Source of the DNA: Takakia lepidozioides
Lineage: Eukaryota; Plantae; Bryophyta
Assembly: GCA_030704615.1 (NCBI GenBank)
Contig: CM060731.1
Coordinates: 93,186,001 to 93,250,000 of the forward strand
Length of the DNA stretch: 64,000 nucleotides
Direction: 5' to 3'
The translations under genes and the position numbers were made by a program. Numbering within the stretch: position 1 is the stretch's first letter; the number at the start of each line of letters is the position of its first letter. Positions 12,290-24,900 of this stretch are shown here, in pieces. The notes beneath the pieces are model-generated. The model was not told the DNA's origin, made no database searches, and saw only the letters and a program-made list of their open reading frames with translations.

Positions 12290-13120
12290 TCAAACAAAAA
12301 CATACTTGTACCTCCAACGCACACTTTGTTGATCATGATACTTCAAAGCCGAATCCAGTTGCTGAATGCGAGACTCCAAACCACTATCCCACCCACTCTT
12401 TGTCCATGTTTTCCTCATGTCTGCCTGTTCAGCTTTGGAGTAGTTGTTGGTTTTCAATTTCTTGAAAAGACCCAACACATACTCCCGGGTGTTGTGGTCA
12501 TTTAATTTACGGAGATCTCGCAACTCTCCATCTCCCCAACAGTTGATACCTGTAGTAGCATACATGCCCACGTCCAAAACCTCCGCAAATAACGGTTTGC
12601 GGATCCATTCAGGCATAGGAGCCAAACCCGTGGTTTCTTTGTCATACAGCTTCTCTGCCGCAATTTTGTATCTACGTCGTGCCTTACTTTGGGCATTGGC
12701 CAACTGTTTGTGAGGATTAGAGAAAGTGCGTATGTTGTTGCGCTTGCTCTTTTCCTCATCATATGGTCTATTCATTCGAATCTGTGGCCTTCCAGATTTG
12801 CGAGTTGTCATTACCAACCCATGACCCTCCTTCATCATATGCATACTAAGCCCCGCTTTCCTACTATACCCCACTTTTGGGCCTTTCTGGCATAATAGAC
12901 ACTTGTAAAATCCGGAGGAGACATCTTGTTCATAGTGCACGCCTTCTGTTGCCGTGTTCATTCTAGAAATTGAAAAGAAGACATAACATGAAAATCATAT
13001 TAATCACAAGCCCATAAGCTATATCTTAGAGATGATCATTCTATACCCATATTTATCGTAAGCGAAGGGAGGGCCAGGACCCACAACACCTTTTAAAATG
13101 GAAGAATCGGTAGCCATCAT
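12290..13120 (-). CDS. MULE accessory protein with a C2H2/BED-like zinc finger and basic region (about 248 aa)
   Basis: Exon 2 (12290-12962) is open and encodes YKCLLC-x16-H-x5-H followed by RKSGRP. A putative exon 1 (13047-13120) joins in phase through an 84-nt GT-AG intron. Convergent with the transposase and inside the TIRs. Confidence 0.6.
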
Positions 13121-13395
13121 TTCACTCTCTTATAGATGACTGAATGAGAAGTAACACAAGTTAAAGCCTTGAGTTGGTACCCTCACTAGATGGTCATCTT
13201 TTAGATGGTTTGTCCATCTGTATCTACTTAGAGAAGCTTCGTGCCGTGATTAGGACATAAGCTTCACTAGAAGGCTCCACTTGAATTTGTCAAACAATTC
13301 CAGCCCTTGTATTTCTAGGATTAAGGACCTACTCTAAAATGTGTGAGAGAAAGAGAAAGAGAGATTCACTCTAAAGTTGAATTAAAATGAATGAG

Positions 13396-13401
<6 letters not shown>

Positions 13402-13436
<35 letters not shown>
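13402..13436 (+). repeat. (GA)n microsatellite
   Basis: Direct read. Confidence 0.95.
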
Positions 13437-13439
<3 letters not shown>

Positions 13440-13868
13440 TACATGTGAGAGCCTCAACGGCGACGAGCTTTACTTCCGGCTTTTGAGATCCAGTACTTTT
13501 CAGCTGCTATTAGTGCACAAGAGGAAAGAGGAGGAGAGGTGGAAAGAGAGAAGAAAACAACAACCACAAATACAAGGTGATTTCATGATCTTTTTGTTTT
13601 TGTTTTTGTTGACTACCTACTTGTAAATACTCTCTTTCTCAATTAGGGATTTCAATTTTTTGACTAACCGTAATTAAAAATGGACTATGAATTAGTTGAG
13701 GGCTAGGTTAAGATCGGGTTAGGGTTTCAATTAGGTTAAGTCAGGTCGGGTTGGATCAAGTTAGGGTTGAGGATCAGGTCAGATTAGGGTTAGGTTAGGT
13801 TAGTTGGGGGTTAGGCCAGGAGGGTCTGGGGCAAGAGATTAGGGTCAGGCAGAGGGGCTGCAGGTCAA

Positions 13869-14190
13869 GGGGCCCAAACGTGCGAGGCCCATGAACTGCC
13901 ATTGGACAAAACCGGAGTCAATGATCAACTAGTTTTCGAAATTCAAAATTCAAATTCAAATTTTCTCACCTAAATGGGGCCCAAGCGTGCGAGGCCCATG
14001 AACTGTCATTGGACAAAACCGGAGTCAATGGTCAACTAGTTTTCGAAATTCAAAATTCAAATTCAAATTTTCTCACCTAAATGGGGCCCAAGCGTGCGAG
14101 GCCCATAACTGCCATTGGACAAAACCGGAGTGAATGGTCAACTAATTTTCGAAATTCAAAATTCAAATTCAAATTTTCTCACCTAAATTC
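13869..14190 (+). repeat. Three 107-bp tandem repeats in the right subterminal region of the MULE
   Basis: GGGGCCCAAGCGTGCGAGGCCCAT...TTCAAATTTTCTCACCTAAAT starting near 13869, 13976 and 14083. Confidence 0.9.
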
Positions 14191-15809
14191 AAATTTTCCC
14201 TCGTACTGTGACGTCTGGGGGTCGCATTTACAACCCCTGGACGTCCCTAATGCGACGTCACAGAAAAAACGTTGCAGAGAAAAACCTTATTTTTTATTTT
14301 TTATTTTTAGGCGATGCCCGGACGTCGCAAGTGGCGCCAACGCCGCGGCCGGTGCATCCCGGTTGAGTCTGAGAGCCGAGTCTCCATGGAGGTGAAGTCA
14401 CTGCGGAGGTCGGCTCGGATAGAAATAGTGTGGGGCTGTCCCCTTTGCAGCGTGTGGCCTCATAAGGTCGAGGCCACACAAAATTCTGAGGCGGTGAAGG
14501 GTCCCACCGCCATGAGAGGGTATATAAAGGAGGGCGGCGCTCTCTTCCTACTTGCTAACTAACTACTTACTAAATTAGTACCTAGGGGGCTCTGCACGCA
14601 CCCAAAAGAAAAGCAAACAAGAACCATAGATCTATTAATTAATAGAAACAATGAGCTCAATAAGTAATAAAGTACCTTCAAGCTCAGAATGGGTCTTCAC
14701 AGGCTCTTTGAACAATGGTTATATTTTGCACAACTAATTACATATCCGTTCACTTCTTCCAATTGGTCAAGTTCCTGTGCCTCAAGATTAAACTGCCAGT
14801 AAGCCTGAAAACTTGACTGCTTTGCAGAGCTCACGTTTCCGATATGATTTCCAGACGACAATACATTTTATAATATCAATGGTATAAACAGAAATAAGTA
14901 TACAAAGAGGTAGAGCAGAAAGTTAACCCCGCCATAGTACCTAGGCGTCACAGCAACCACCAGAGAATTTAACTCTGAAAGATAATACTCCAAGTCAATG
15001 TTACTCCCAGCTCCTGCAGTTTGTTTGCAACACCAGAGACACTAAAATACAGACAAGAATAATTGAACCTAAAGGAATTTTTAAACTACGACGGCTGTAC
15101 AAACCTCCTGCCAAAATGACCCAACACAAAATTCTGCATGGTGAAGTTTCCAAAAAACCACAAGCATCCATCTTCACCATCTGCTTCTGCGTTGCAACCA
15201 TACCTAGATCCGGAGGGTAAACCTAACACATGGAAATGACCTCTGAACTGGCCTCTGAGCACAGAATCAGCAAAGCAGAGCAAATGAATTCACAAAAACT
15301 TCCAAAGAGGCTGGGAAAATGGCCCACTCACTTGTCCAGCAATATCGTTACTCTCAACCTGTACAACCCTCTGGCTTTTCTTTATTAGTAAATGAATTAG
15401 ATTGCTACACTCAATGACACTCTAATGGCGCAACACATACATTAAAGGTCCTACACTACACAGCCCTGGTGTCCTACCCAACAGTGGACAGTTTGACTAG
15501 ACAGTCACATCCTCCCAGCTTCTCCCCATAGCACATGCATTTAAAAAGATTAATACCAGAACCACCAAGGCCGCCCTTCCGTGGTCTAAGCTGCAGGCCC
15601 TGATAGGTTTCCTGGCCCTGGCCTCCACAATAGATGGGTCATGCTTCTGATGTGTGAGGGTTGAGGATAGATTACAGACTGTGGCCTCTGTTCTACTTGA
15701 AGATGATCTGCATGAGCTCTGTCAAAGATGTGAAACACTATGCTCTTTCCACACAACACAGAGGGCACTGCGCTTGAAATAACCCGTCCAAACCCAAGAG
15801 GCATAAAGA

Positions 15810-15872
15810 TTGTACTCATAAGACGTTGTTTGCCGTAGCCTTGTGGCCATTGACAAGATTTAGGGTTTAGGG
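15810..15872 (-). mobile_element. 45-nt 3'-terminal LINE fragment with TSD and telomeric filler, just downstream of the AP2A stop codon
   Basis: 15810-15854 is the reverse complement of the LINE 3' end GTCAATGGCC...GAGTACAA. TSD (G)GCATAAAGA at 15800-15809 and 15872-15881. (TTTAGGG)2 at 15859-15872. Confidence 0.85.
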
Positions 15873-15904
15873 GCATAAAGAGACGACACAAAAATAAGGA
15901 CTCT

Positions 15905-18900
15905 TCAAATAAGGCCTGCAAGAACAGCAGCAGGACCTGTCAAACCCATGGCCGCGGCTGAGGGTGTGGGAGCAGGAGGCAGCGAGGAAAATGATGGAAC
16001 ATCAACCAGTTGCTCTTTGATAAACTCCTTCAGCCTGCATCATGTCCACCCCATTCGAATTGATCATCTAAGAGATCATCCTGTTACACTTTAAAAAGAA
16101 AAAAGCACAAATCTGAAAACCAATTGGGACTATATATCGACTCTCGCATAATGGTCACTTGTCAGGTGCAAGATATGACTGTCTGTTGTTACAGATGTGA
16201 GTAAAGGTAGAGGAAAAGCTAGAAGGCTTACTCATAGGTTGTGGTTGGATCTGGGGAAGCAACTGTCAATCGCAATTGTGTCCTGTCTGATGGATCTGTT
16301 TCAACCCGCACCTGCCACACACCACCGAGTATCTCATTGTCACTCACCATTGCAAGAGCTTGCAGACATGTATATATTGTCTTCCAATCTCCCCTCATAA
16401 GCTGTCTCACTTCCTGTGGACACTAAAAAGTTCCCTTGTTTTCTCTGACTGTGCACAATTGTCCCACAAGTTGCAAGGTAGAGGGATAGAGTATGCATAG
16501 AGTCAAGTACAATATCAATGCCAGCCACCAAATCAGCAAAAAAAACTCCCTGAAACAGATTGCAGGAGAGCTACGGTAATTTCAGGCTGAGTATCCTGTA
16601 CCCTAGGGGGCTCAAGTACCAGGAACGTCACCAGAAGGAGCAAATGCCCTCAAAGGTAAGTCCTAGCCAATGTACATAAGAAATGCTCTCTCTCATTGTC
16701 CATCAGCTTTTGTTACATTGATTTCACCTACCTTTCAAAACCGTTTGCACAGGATGCACGACAGGTATCCTGAACTCTGGACCTATCCAGAATAGGCTGA
16801 TGGATAAACCAGTGATGATCGCATAAAGGAACTAAGTGCACACTACATTTGCTGTGTTCATACCAGACACAGCGTAGCTTGTCCACTTTCAGAGTATAAT
16901 GTTGTTGCTGCCACTATGTTATTTCCATTAGGGTCCTGCCAATCAAACACTACCAACTGTCATATCACCTGTTGCAACCTTCTTCAATACCCCAAGCTTT
17001 GCAGGAACACACAAATCCAGGGCTATTAATGCAACCACAGAATCCAGAGCTTGACCTACGAATGTCTTTCACACCTCAGCTGGACAAATATATCAAATGT
17101 ACTTCCACGCCATAGGATAATCCAAGTTCAACACCAGTCTGTAGCGGAGATAGTCAATGAGCCGTGTTTTTCAAAAATAGAGAGGAAGGAAAGAAGCAGC
17201 TGTAAGAAGCTCACAAGGCCAGGGGCAACGCCAATATGAAGACTGTTGAACAGATCAGCCATATCAGGCAGAGGTAAAGGCCGCACACCACGCACCTGCC
17301 ATTTAAGCCATACATTTGCTCCAATGAAACCTTGGCTGTGCTTCAGCAATCAGAGAGCCAGAGAGAGGAATATGCAATCCACAAAGACTACATATAATTT
17401 TCAACAAACAGCCAGTGTGTAAATCAACTTTGCAACTCTGCTCTGCAACATGCTCATCAAGTCAAGCATACTTAAAACAAGCAACTGAAGAACGAAACAA
17501 AAGATATACTCATCCATCCCTAATGTGAGCAAATAGAAAAGCAAATATCTGTACTCAAAAATCTCATACACCTACCACTTCTTGAAGCTTTGTGGGTGGG
17601 CCAGCAAGTGTCCTCCACCGAGCCACAAAGTCATTGGCCGAGACTGGTGCTGCTTGCAAAAACTTGTTCATCAAAATCGGTAGTTGCAACTTCACACTCA
17701 CCTGCCAAAGTCATAACTGGCTTTTATATGTCGTCAAGTTGTCTTGGATCAAAACATGACACAAACATGCCTGCACAGTATGTCTGTCTGGCCCCTCCCC
17801 ATCCCGTCTTCACTCTCTATTCTGCTTTGTCCAAATTGGATGATGAGTTATCCACCAAAAGGCTATGATAAGCATAGAGTTAAAATCATCTCGTTCCCTG
17901 ACTGTCTGACCTAGTGAATTTGATTGGTTGGCTTGACCCTCCAATGTGTTAAAATGAGGGCGCAGCATTGTGCAGAGCCCTCATAAATCCCTGTTAGGAT
18001 TCATTATTGACTTGTAGAAGGATAAGTGCTGACATGAGAGCCACAAAATGTTCACTTTAGCTCCCTAGCAAACTTGGGCATTGTAGCAAAGTGCGCACAA
18101 AAGTCTTGCAGGCAGTGTCTAACAAAGTTCTGAACCTCATTACCAAACTAGCAAATGGTCAGAGGTACAGAAAGACGTTGTAGGCACAGTTTCTAAGAGA
18201 TATCTGAACCTTAATAGCAAACCAGCAAATGGTGGGAGGAAATGAAGACAGGCCACTATCACTACCTTTCAGGCAGAGTATCAAGCAAACTGTCTGACCA
18301 GAAAATGCAAGACAGAGAGACATACAGGCACAATGGAGGTGTTGTAAGAAAAGTCAAGAACTGCAGTCTCTCGGCTTGCAAGCAGGCAAACCACATCAAA
18401 TGGACATTGCACCTGCAAAATAAGCAACTTGTCAATGTTTAATCCCACCCACTCTGCACAAGGTACTCTGCTACTACATAACTAGGTGGAAGTCAGAAGG
18501 ACTCTCTGTCTCTCTCCTCTCTCGTTCCCTTTTTCCCCAAACTGGGTTGGGTCTATGGCCACAAGCCTACGGCAATTGTCTTATGAGTACATTCTCTCTC
18601 TCTCTTCCTCTCTCTTGGAAATCTGGAAAGCCACAAGGCTACGGCAAACAAAGTTTCATGACTACATTCTCTCTCTACGAAAATGGCTGGCTCGCGGTTG
18701 GGCACCTTTAACTTCTGTGACTGACAAACCAAAGGAAACATTTTGAAGTGGGACAAGTTCTTCAAGCTAATGGCATCCACATCTGTTCTGCGCAAAACAA
18801 GATGGTTGGGGATGTGTTGGCTATGAGTGGTGCGGGAAGATGTGTGCCCTCAAGACAGCCTCTGCAAAGAGTGAAAAAAAGAAGTGGGGTTCTTTGTCCA

Positions 18901-21900
18901 TGATTTCCTGTGTGACAATTGTGAAATCATCAACAAGGAACTCCACAAAGTACTTGGCTGAGACTGAAAGTGAAGGGCGACGTGAGGGCTAAGGACCTCA
19001 TTGTGCGATGTCTACATGCCTACAGAGGGAGCCCTTTGTGTTGATGCTGAGATGACATTAACCAAGGTGTAGCTCAAGGTTGTAACCTCTCCCCACTCCT
19101 CTTCAATGTTTGCATTAGTCAGCTCCTTGAAGATGTGGAAAGCAAGGGATTTGGGTTAAAGGTGGGTGATGCTACCATATCAACTCTTATGTTTGCCGAT
19201 GACTTCGCGGGCCTAGGGGATACCTCATCCAATCTTCAGGACTCGATTGATGGTGTGAAGAGGTACTTTTGACCTGTGGAGGCTATAAGCCAACGTTAGA
19301 AAATACATGGCGGTGGCCTTCAACGACAGTGGGGAGGGAGGAGGGGATCTCAAATGGAGGCATAAACTTCCCTGAACTAATTTCCAGTTTGTGACATGAA
19401 GGGTGATCTGAAGAGCCTGCTGACCTTTGGAATTTAAATTCAGGGCAGGGAGTCTGCCTTCGAATAATAAAGAGATGCAGAGAAGAAAGGCAGATTGTCA
19501 ATGCCCAATGTGTGGGAGGCCTGAAGCCAATATCTATTTTCTGATACAATGTCGGTATTCTCATCAGAGAGCGACCATCTTCAGGACCATCAAGAACATA
19601 TAGTCCCTGCACTTCTGTTCACCAACTCTCAAAATCTTAACACTGAGATTAAACCCTGGCCCTGTTGGGCTCCAATTGCTGGGCAGCTCACACACAGCAG
19701 ATTGATGCTTGTGTGAAGGTTTGCGGATGACTTTGCAGGCCAAGGGGATACCCCATCCAATCTCCAGGAGCTGATTGATTGTGCGAAGAGGTTCTTTGAC
19801 TGTGGAGGCTCGAAGCTAATGATAGTAAATGCGCAGTGGTGACATTCAACGATCATGGGGAGGGAGGAAGGGATCTCAAATGGAAATGGGGTGACGAAGT
19901 GATCCCTGTACCCCCTTCCTATACATAATTTGGTATTGAGTTCTCCTCCAACTGTAACTGGGATGCAAAAAGTGATTCAATGCAAAGTTTCATGTCTCAC
20001 TAAGTTTTCCACTGCACTAAAGTTGAAAGGACCATGCTTTGCGACGTTATTAGACAGGACTTGGAGTACGCATCTGCTGTGCAGGTTGACAATTCCAACC
20101 ATGCTAAATCTCTAGAATCCACTCAGGTCACGCTGCTCAATGAAAGCATATTGGCTTTTCTAGAACAGCTAATGTTGCTGTTTGGGTTGAGTTTGACATA
20201 CCTCCCTTAAGCTCTCAACGTGACGAATTTAAGGACAGATGGTGGGGTAGTTGAACCGCATGCCGAATACCAGATACCCTCAGATAATCGACACTATTTC
20301 TTGGAAGCAAGACTGTCCTGTTAAGTCTTGGCGGAAAAGGCTAGAAGAGATTTTCAAGTATCTGAATATGAGTCCAGAAGAATTGACCCTACTGGATGAA
20401 GCTGACCTGGAGGGGGTTGTGTCCAAAGCCATGTCCGATGCCCAAAGACTGTCCGATGAAAATGAAGTTAGGCATAAAACTTCCCTGAACTGGTTTCCAG
20501 TCTGTGACATGGGCGGAAAACCTTAAGGATGGTCTGAAGGGCCTACCTGCCCTTGGCACTAGACTCAAAATGTAAACTGAGGGCAGGAAGCCTAGCTTTG
20601 AAGAATAAAGAGATGCAGATAGGAAGAGGAGATTGTAATTGCCCGATGTGCCGGCAGCCTGAAGACAATATCCATTTTCTGATTCATTGTCTGGTATATT
20701 CTCATTACAGAGTGACCATGTTCAGGATGATCAAGAACACTGCCTCTGTTCACCAACTTTCAAAATCTTGAGGCTGGGCCTAAAGCCTTGGCCCTCTTGG
20801 GGTCTAATTGCTTGGCAGCTCACACACAGCAAGTTGATGCTTGTGTGAAGGGCTTTCAAGAGGATATCTGGAAACCCAAACTCATTGTCTTTAAAAAGGT
20901 AAGTCGCACTACCGGAGTGAGCCGCTCACAAAGGTAGTTTCTGCTCCCTATTGTTCCGCCCAAACCGGGCCCAGGGTCTATGGCCACAAGGCTATGGCAA
21001 ACAACGCCCTATGAATACATTCTCTCTCTCTCTCTCACACTCTGCATTGCTGAATTAGGTATATTATTCTATTGTATGGGCTCATTAATCTGCTCAATGT
21101 GATCCATTGCATGATGCTAATCAATGGCACTTATGAGATACATAAATTGTCTTTCCTTGCTGAATGTCTATTGAAATGACCCCTTTATGTCCTCGCTGCC
21201 AGAGTTAAGGTACTGTATTGTTAGTACCAAACAATTGGCATTCCAAGGGTTAGCCATAACACCATTGAGGCTCCTTATAGTTTTGTTTTAGTTTGGTGGC
21301 TCTTTTATGTTAGTTGCTAATCTCTCGTTATAATTGCAAAGTTGTACCCCACTCTTGTAATTAGATATACTTTGTCACTTGGATCTCCCTATTACACACC
21401 TATTGGCTGGAAGGACCTTAAGTATATATCGGAGGTGGTCGTCATTCTTAGCCATCAGTTCAAGAAGTGGCTGGGCAAGAAGGGGGACAGCTTTTGGCAT
21501 CATGACACACTTCGACGTTCTCTTCTTACCTGTCCAACTTTTTTTTTTCGATGAAGTGCAAACACTCTCATCTTCTCGAGTTGAAGGGTAGTAGCATATG
21601 GATGATTGTGTAGTAAGATTCATCAATCTGGGCTTGCTATCTCTGTAGCAATGTCCCATAGTGGACTTCTTCTCTGAGAGTGGAAATTGATAACAACTCG
21701 GTTGGGCTTAAAAAGCATGGTCGTCCACGACAGTCACTAACCAAATGTTGGGTGGTTGCTTGTGATGGGACCAGGTGAGGTTCCAGCCCTTACTTTTAAT
21801 CTTGACTCCTCTACAGAACTGCGGAAGTGACAACATGGAGGCTAATTCTTTCCCCCCCAGCTATGTTTGCTATTGTCTTCCATTGCTGCTAGGTATTAGA

Positions 21901-24900
21901 GGGTGAAGGAGGCCTAACCCACCCCTTATGGGCTATGTGTGTGTGTTTCCTAATTTCTATCTTTTGAGAAGGAACATAAAAAACCTTCAAGATCCTTCTA
22001 CAGACCTGTAGTAACTCTTTACAATCAGTATTGACATGCTTCTACCTCTTTCCAAAGGTTTAAAGGTAACTACTGACCTGAACTAGGCTTTATGGATTCA
22101 TATTTCCTTCTTAGGGCCTTTAGTAGGTGAGTGATGTGACTCATGGCCACCCTCTCACCCACTTGGTCGTGTGTCTTACAAAAGATGCTAGAGTTGTGGC
22201 TGTAATCTTCCTCTACAGTTGGCCTAAACATACAGACCTCATCTGCTATTACAGATCTGATATTCTACTTCAAAGTTCTAGTCTGTATGGTGGTTTTCTA
22301 GACAAAAATCACTTATACACTCACTAAGTCTTGGTCTTTACACAACTAGTTGCTATTGGGGTTTGTTGATGGAGCCTTTGTTTAAGGGCTGATGATGTCT
22401 ATTTCAAAATGAACCAGACTAGTCTTGACATGACTAGCCAAAGCTCTCTCTCCCCATCTCCTCTTGTTCCACCCAAACTGGGCATGGGGTCTATGGCCAC
22501 AAGGCTACGCCAAACGTCTCATGAGTACATTCTCTCTTTATCTCCACCAGCTGCAAGATAGCTGCCGTTCTCAGACCCACACAAAGCTAAGGTTGACAAT
22601 CTCCCAGACATAAATAGTCCCATAAGGTGCGCTATGACCAATTACAGCATCTTCTTCATATTGTTGTCTGTCACAGCACATGCTTCAACCAATCAAGGTC
22701 CCCAAATTCCCTCCTCTGCATGGCTCTGTTGGAAGAGCCCAACTACACATGTGATTACGAAGGTCTTTTGATTGGCACAAACCACAACCCGTTGGCAAGC
22801 CTCCACAAATCTAGTACTGTACCAGACCAAGGATACAAGCCCTCAGTTAACGTGCTGTCAGTTAGTCTGTGATAGACAAGCATGAACATAACACTGACCT
22901 GAGCCCTCGGAGGGATGGTATCAGGAACAGGAGATGAATGCACCCTCAAATGAGGAGTTGGCACCACCAAAACCCTCACATTCACCAGGGCTGCCGTTTG
23001 CTTGTTTCCCATGAACAAAACTAGCCTTCCCTGCGCTCCTCGCCACTCTGCCTTTATTCCAATCTGCAGAATTCAATAAATTCAAGTGTTTTCAGAAGTA
23101 TTTTGGGTACTTGAAGTCACCTCAATCTAGCTTGCAGCTACTTCAAATGCAAATGACACTGCCTCTCTCACCTGGATATATGGATCTTCATAAAGAACAC
23201 CACTGTCAGAGATGGAAAGGGCACGAAACCAATCCGCAATACTTCCAATGGGCTGCACAACAGATTCACATGCTCAAATAAGGAGTGTTGCGCAACTGTC
23301 TACAGAGGTCCCAGACAAAAAAGCACCAAGGTATTCTTCAATGAAGGCTGAAGAGACAAAAATAGCTTCGCTAGTCCTCTAAGCAGTAACCAAGATCTCA
23401 CACGCTATCAGGTCCACTGAGGGAAAAGGACAACAAAGATTTTATGCTGAATGGCATCTACCTCCACGTTTCTCATTTAAACCCTCTAGTTGCTTTCCCT
23501 TATTGGTTCCAAAAGACCTTAGAATTTATTGGTGATACAATATTCTCTGGTGTAAAGATATATTGCTGACAATCATATCTACTCTGCCACAACTAGTGGA
23601 GGCCAACCAATGCACTGACTGCTTACCCCATTACTCCAAGAATCGATATAAATGCCACTAGACGAACCCATGCTAGAGCACAATCACATACAGCAAGTTC
23701 CTTGCCTTGGGGAGGTATAATGCAAAAAGAGGAACAAAGAAAATTTCTATCTACCTGGACTTGGGAGGCTTGCCCATCATACAGGGCCAATGCCAGGGGA
23801 TCTGCAGGATCAGTTACTGAGAGGGGAGGGGTAGGAGATTCCAGGGTGAGGAGTGGGTCATTGTTAGCTGGCATGGACCCAGGGGATGCCTCAATGGCCA
23901 GTGGTACCAATAGGTCACCCAGAAGATCAGCAGTTGCTGGACCAGTTGTTTGTTGCTGACTGCCTCCATTTGAGTAGGCACTTGGTGCAGGTGGTACTGG
24001 GGGTTCTGGCAATGCCAATTGCTCCTGTTCACACCCATATTCTCACTGTGAGCTCTTACTTGTTTCAAGATATGTCAGAAGAGACGCTTAAACAGTCTGC
24101 CTTGTACTTCCCTGCCACCACAACCCATAATCTGTCTCTGGACTGGAATGCTTCAGCACTGGAGGTTTTAATATAGAACTGTAGTATTGTGCTAAGAACT
24201 ACTAAGCCATATGCATAGTATAGGTAATAGTAGTGCAATGCTTTCTCCGACAAATCGACACATTCTGTGAGCTCACATCCAAGCTAGAACACAGCTCAAG
24301 TAAGGATAAAGCACACAAATTTGATAGTATGGCTGTAGCAGACCCATGTCAGTTCCAAATTGAGATTCTCAGCACACCATGAGGGATAACACATTTCGCA
24401 TGTACAAATTTCACAGGACTACGACATCAATGTAATGGCACATCTCTATCATTCTCAACTGTTGCAGATCCAAATTTAGATTGAGGTAAAGACATCCAAC
24501 CACATACCAGGAATCAAGGACAACCCTCCAAGGCACCAGACAACCAACCAGTGCTTGCACAGCAAAACTATTGAGAATCAATATAGTCTATGTATCCTTA
24601 ATCCCTTGTGGAAACATGCGCTACCAATCTCTTGCAAATAGGAAGATAAGATCTGGCAATTGGTTGCCATACCGTACTGTAGCGAGATGTCGAGGATACT
24701 TTTGGAAAGGGAGGGGGATGGGGTCCACCATTGGCAGGGCGCAAATCTGTCACAACCAAAGCCATAGAATTCTGCTGTTGCAGCCGTAACTTAGTTGCAC
24801 TCAATTCTGCAGCATCCCCTTCTGTGTCTTCTGCCTTCTTCAGAAGTGCCGACTGCACCCACCCAAAAAAACCGCAGTACGATAAGGCTTCCCAGATACA

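Larger units (their letters stand above)
384..14492. mobile_element. Mutator-like (MULE) DNA transposon with TIRs, carrying a transposase, an accessory zinc-finger gene, an internal repeat array and a nested LTR element
   Basis: GCCTCAGAATTTTGTGTGGCCTCG...GGGGACAGCCCC at 384-445 is the reverse complement of GGGGCTGTCCCC...CACACAAAATTCTGAGGC ending at 14492. Subterminal inverted similarity continues (about 460-680 vs 13680-13890). A MULE DDE/SWIM transposase lies inside. No 9-11 bp TSD is visible. Confidence 0.85.

Noticed and set aside
24065-24253. Extra AP2A hinge exon
   Set aside because: Reading from the nearby AG hits a stop at 24065, and the model is in frame and of expected length without it.
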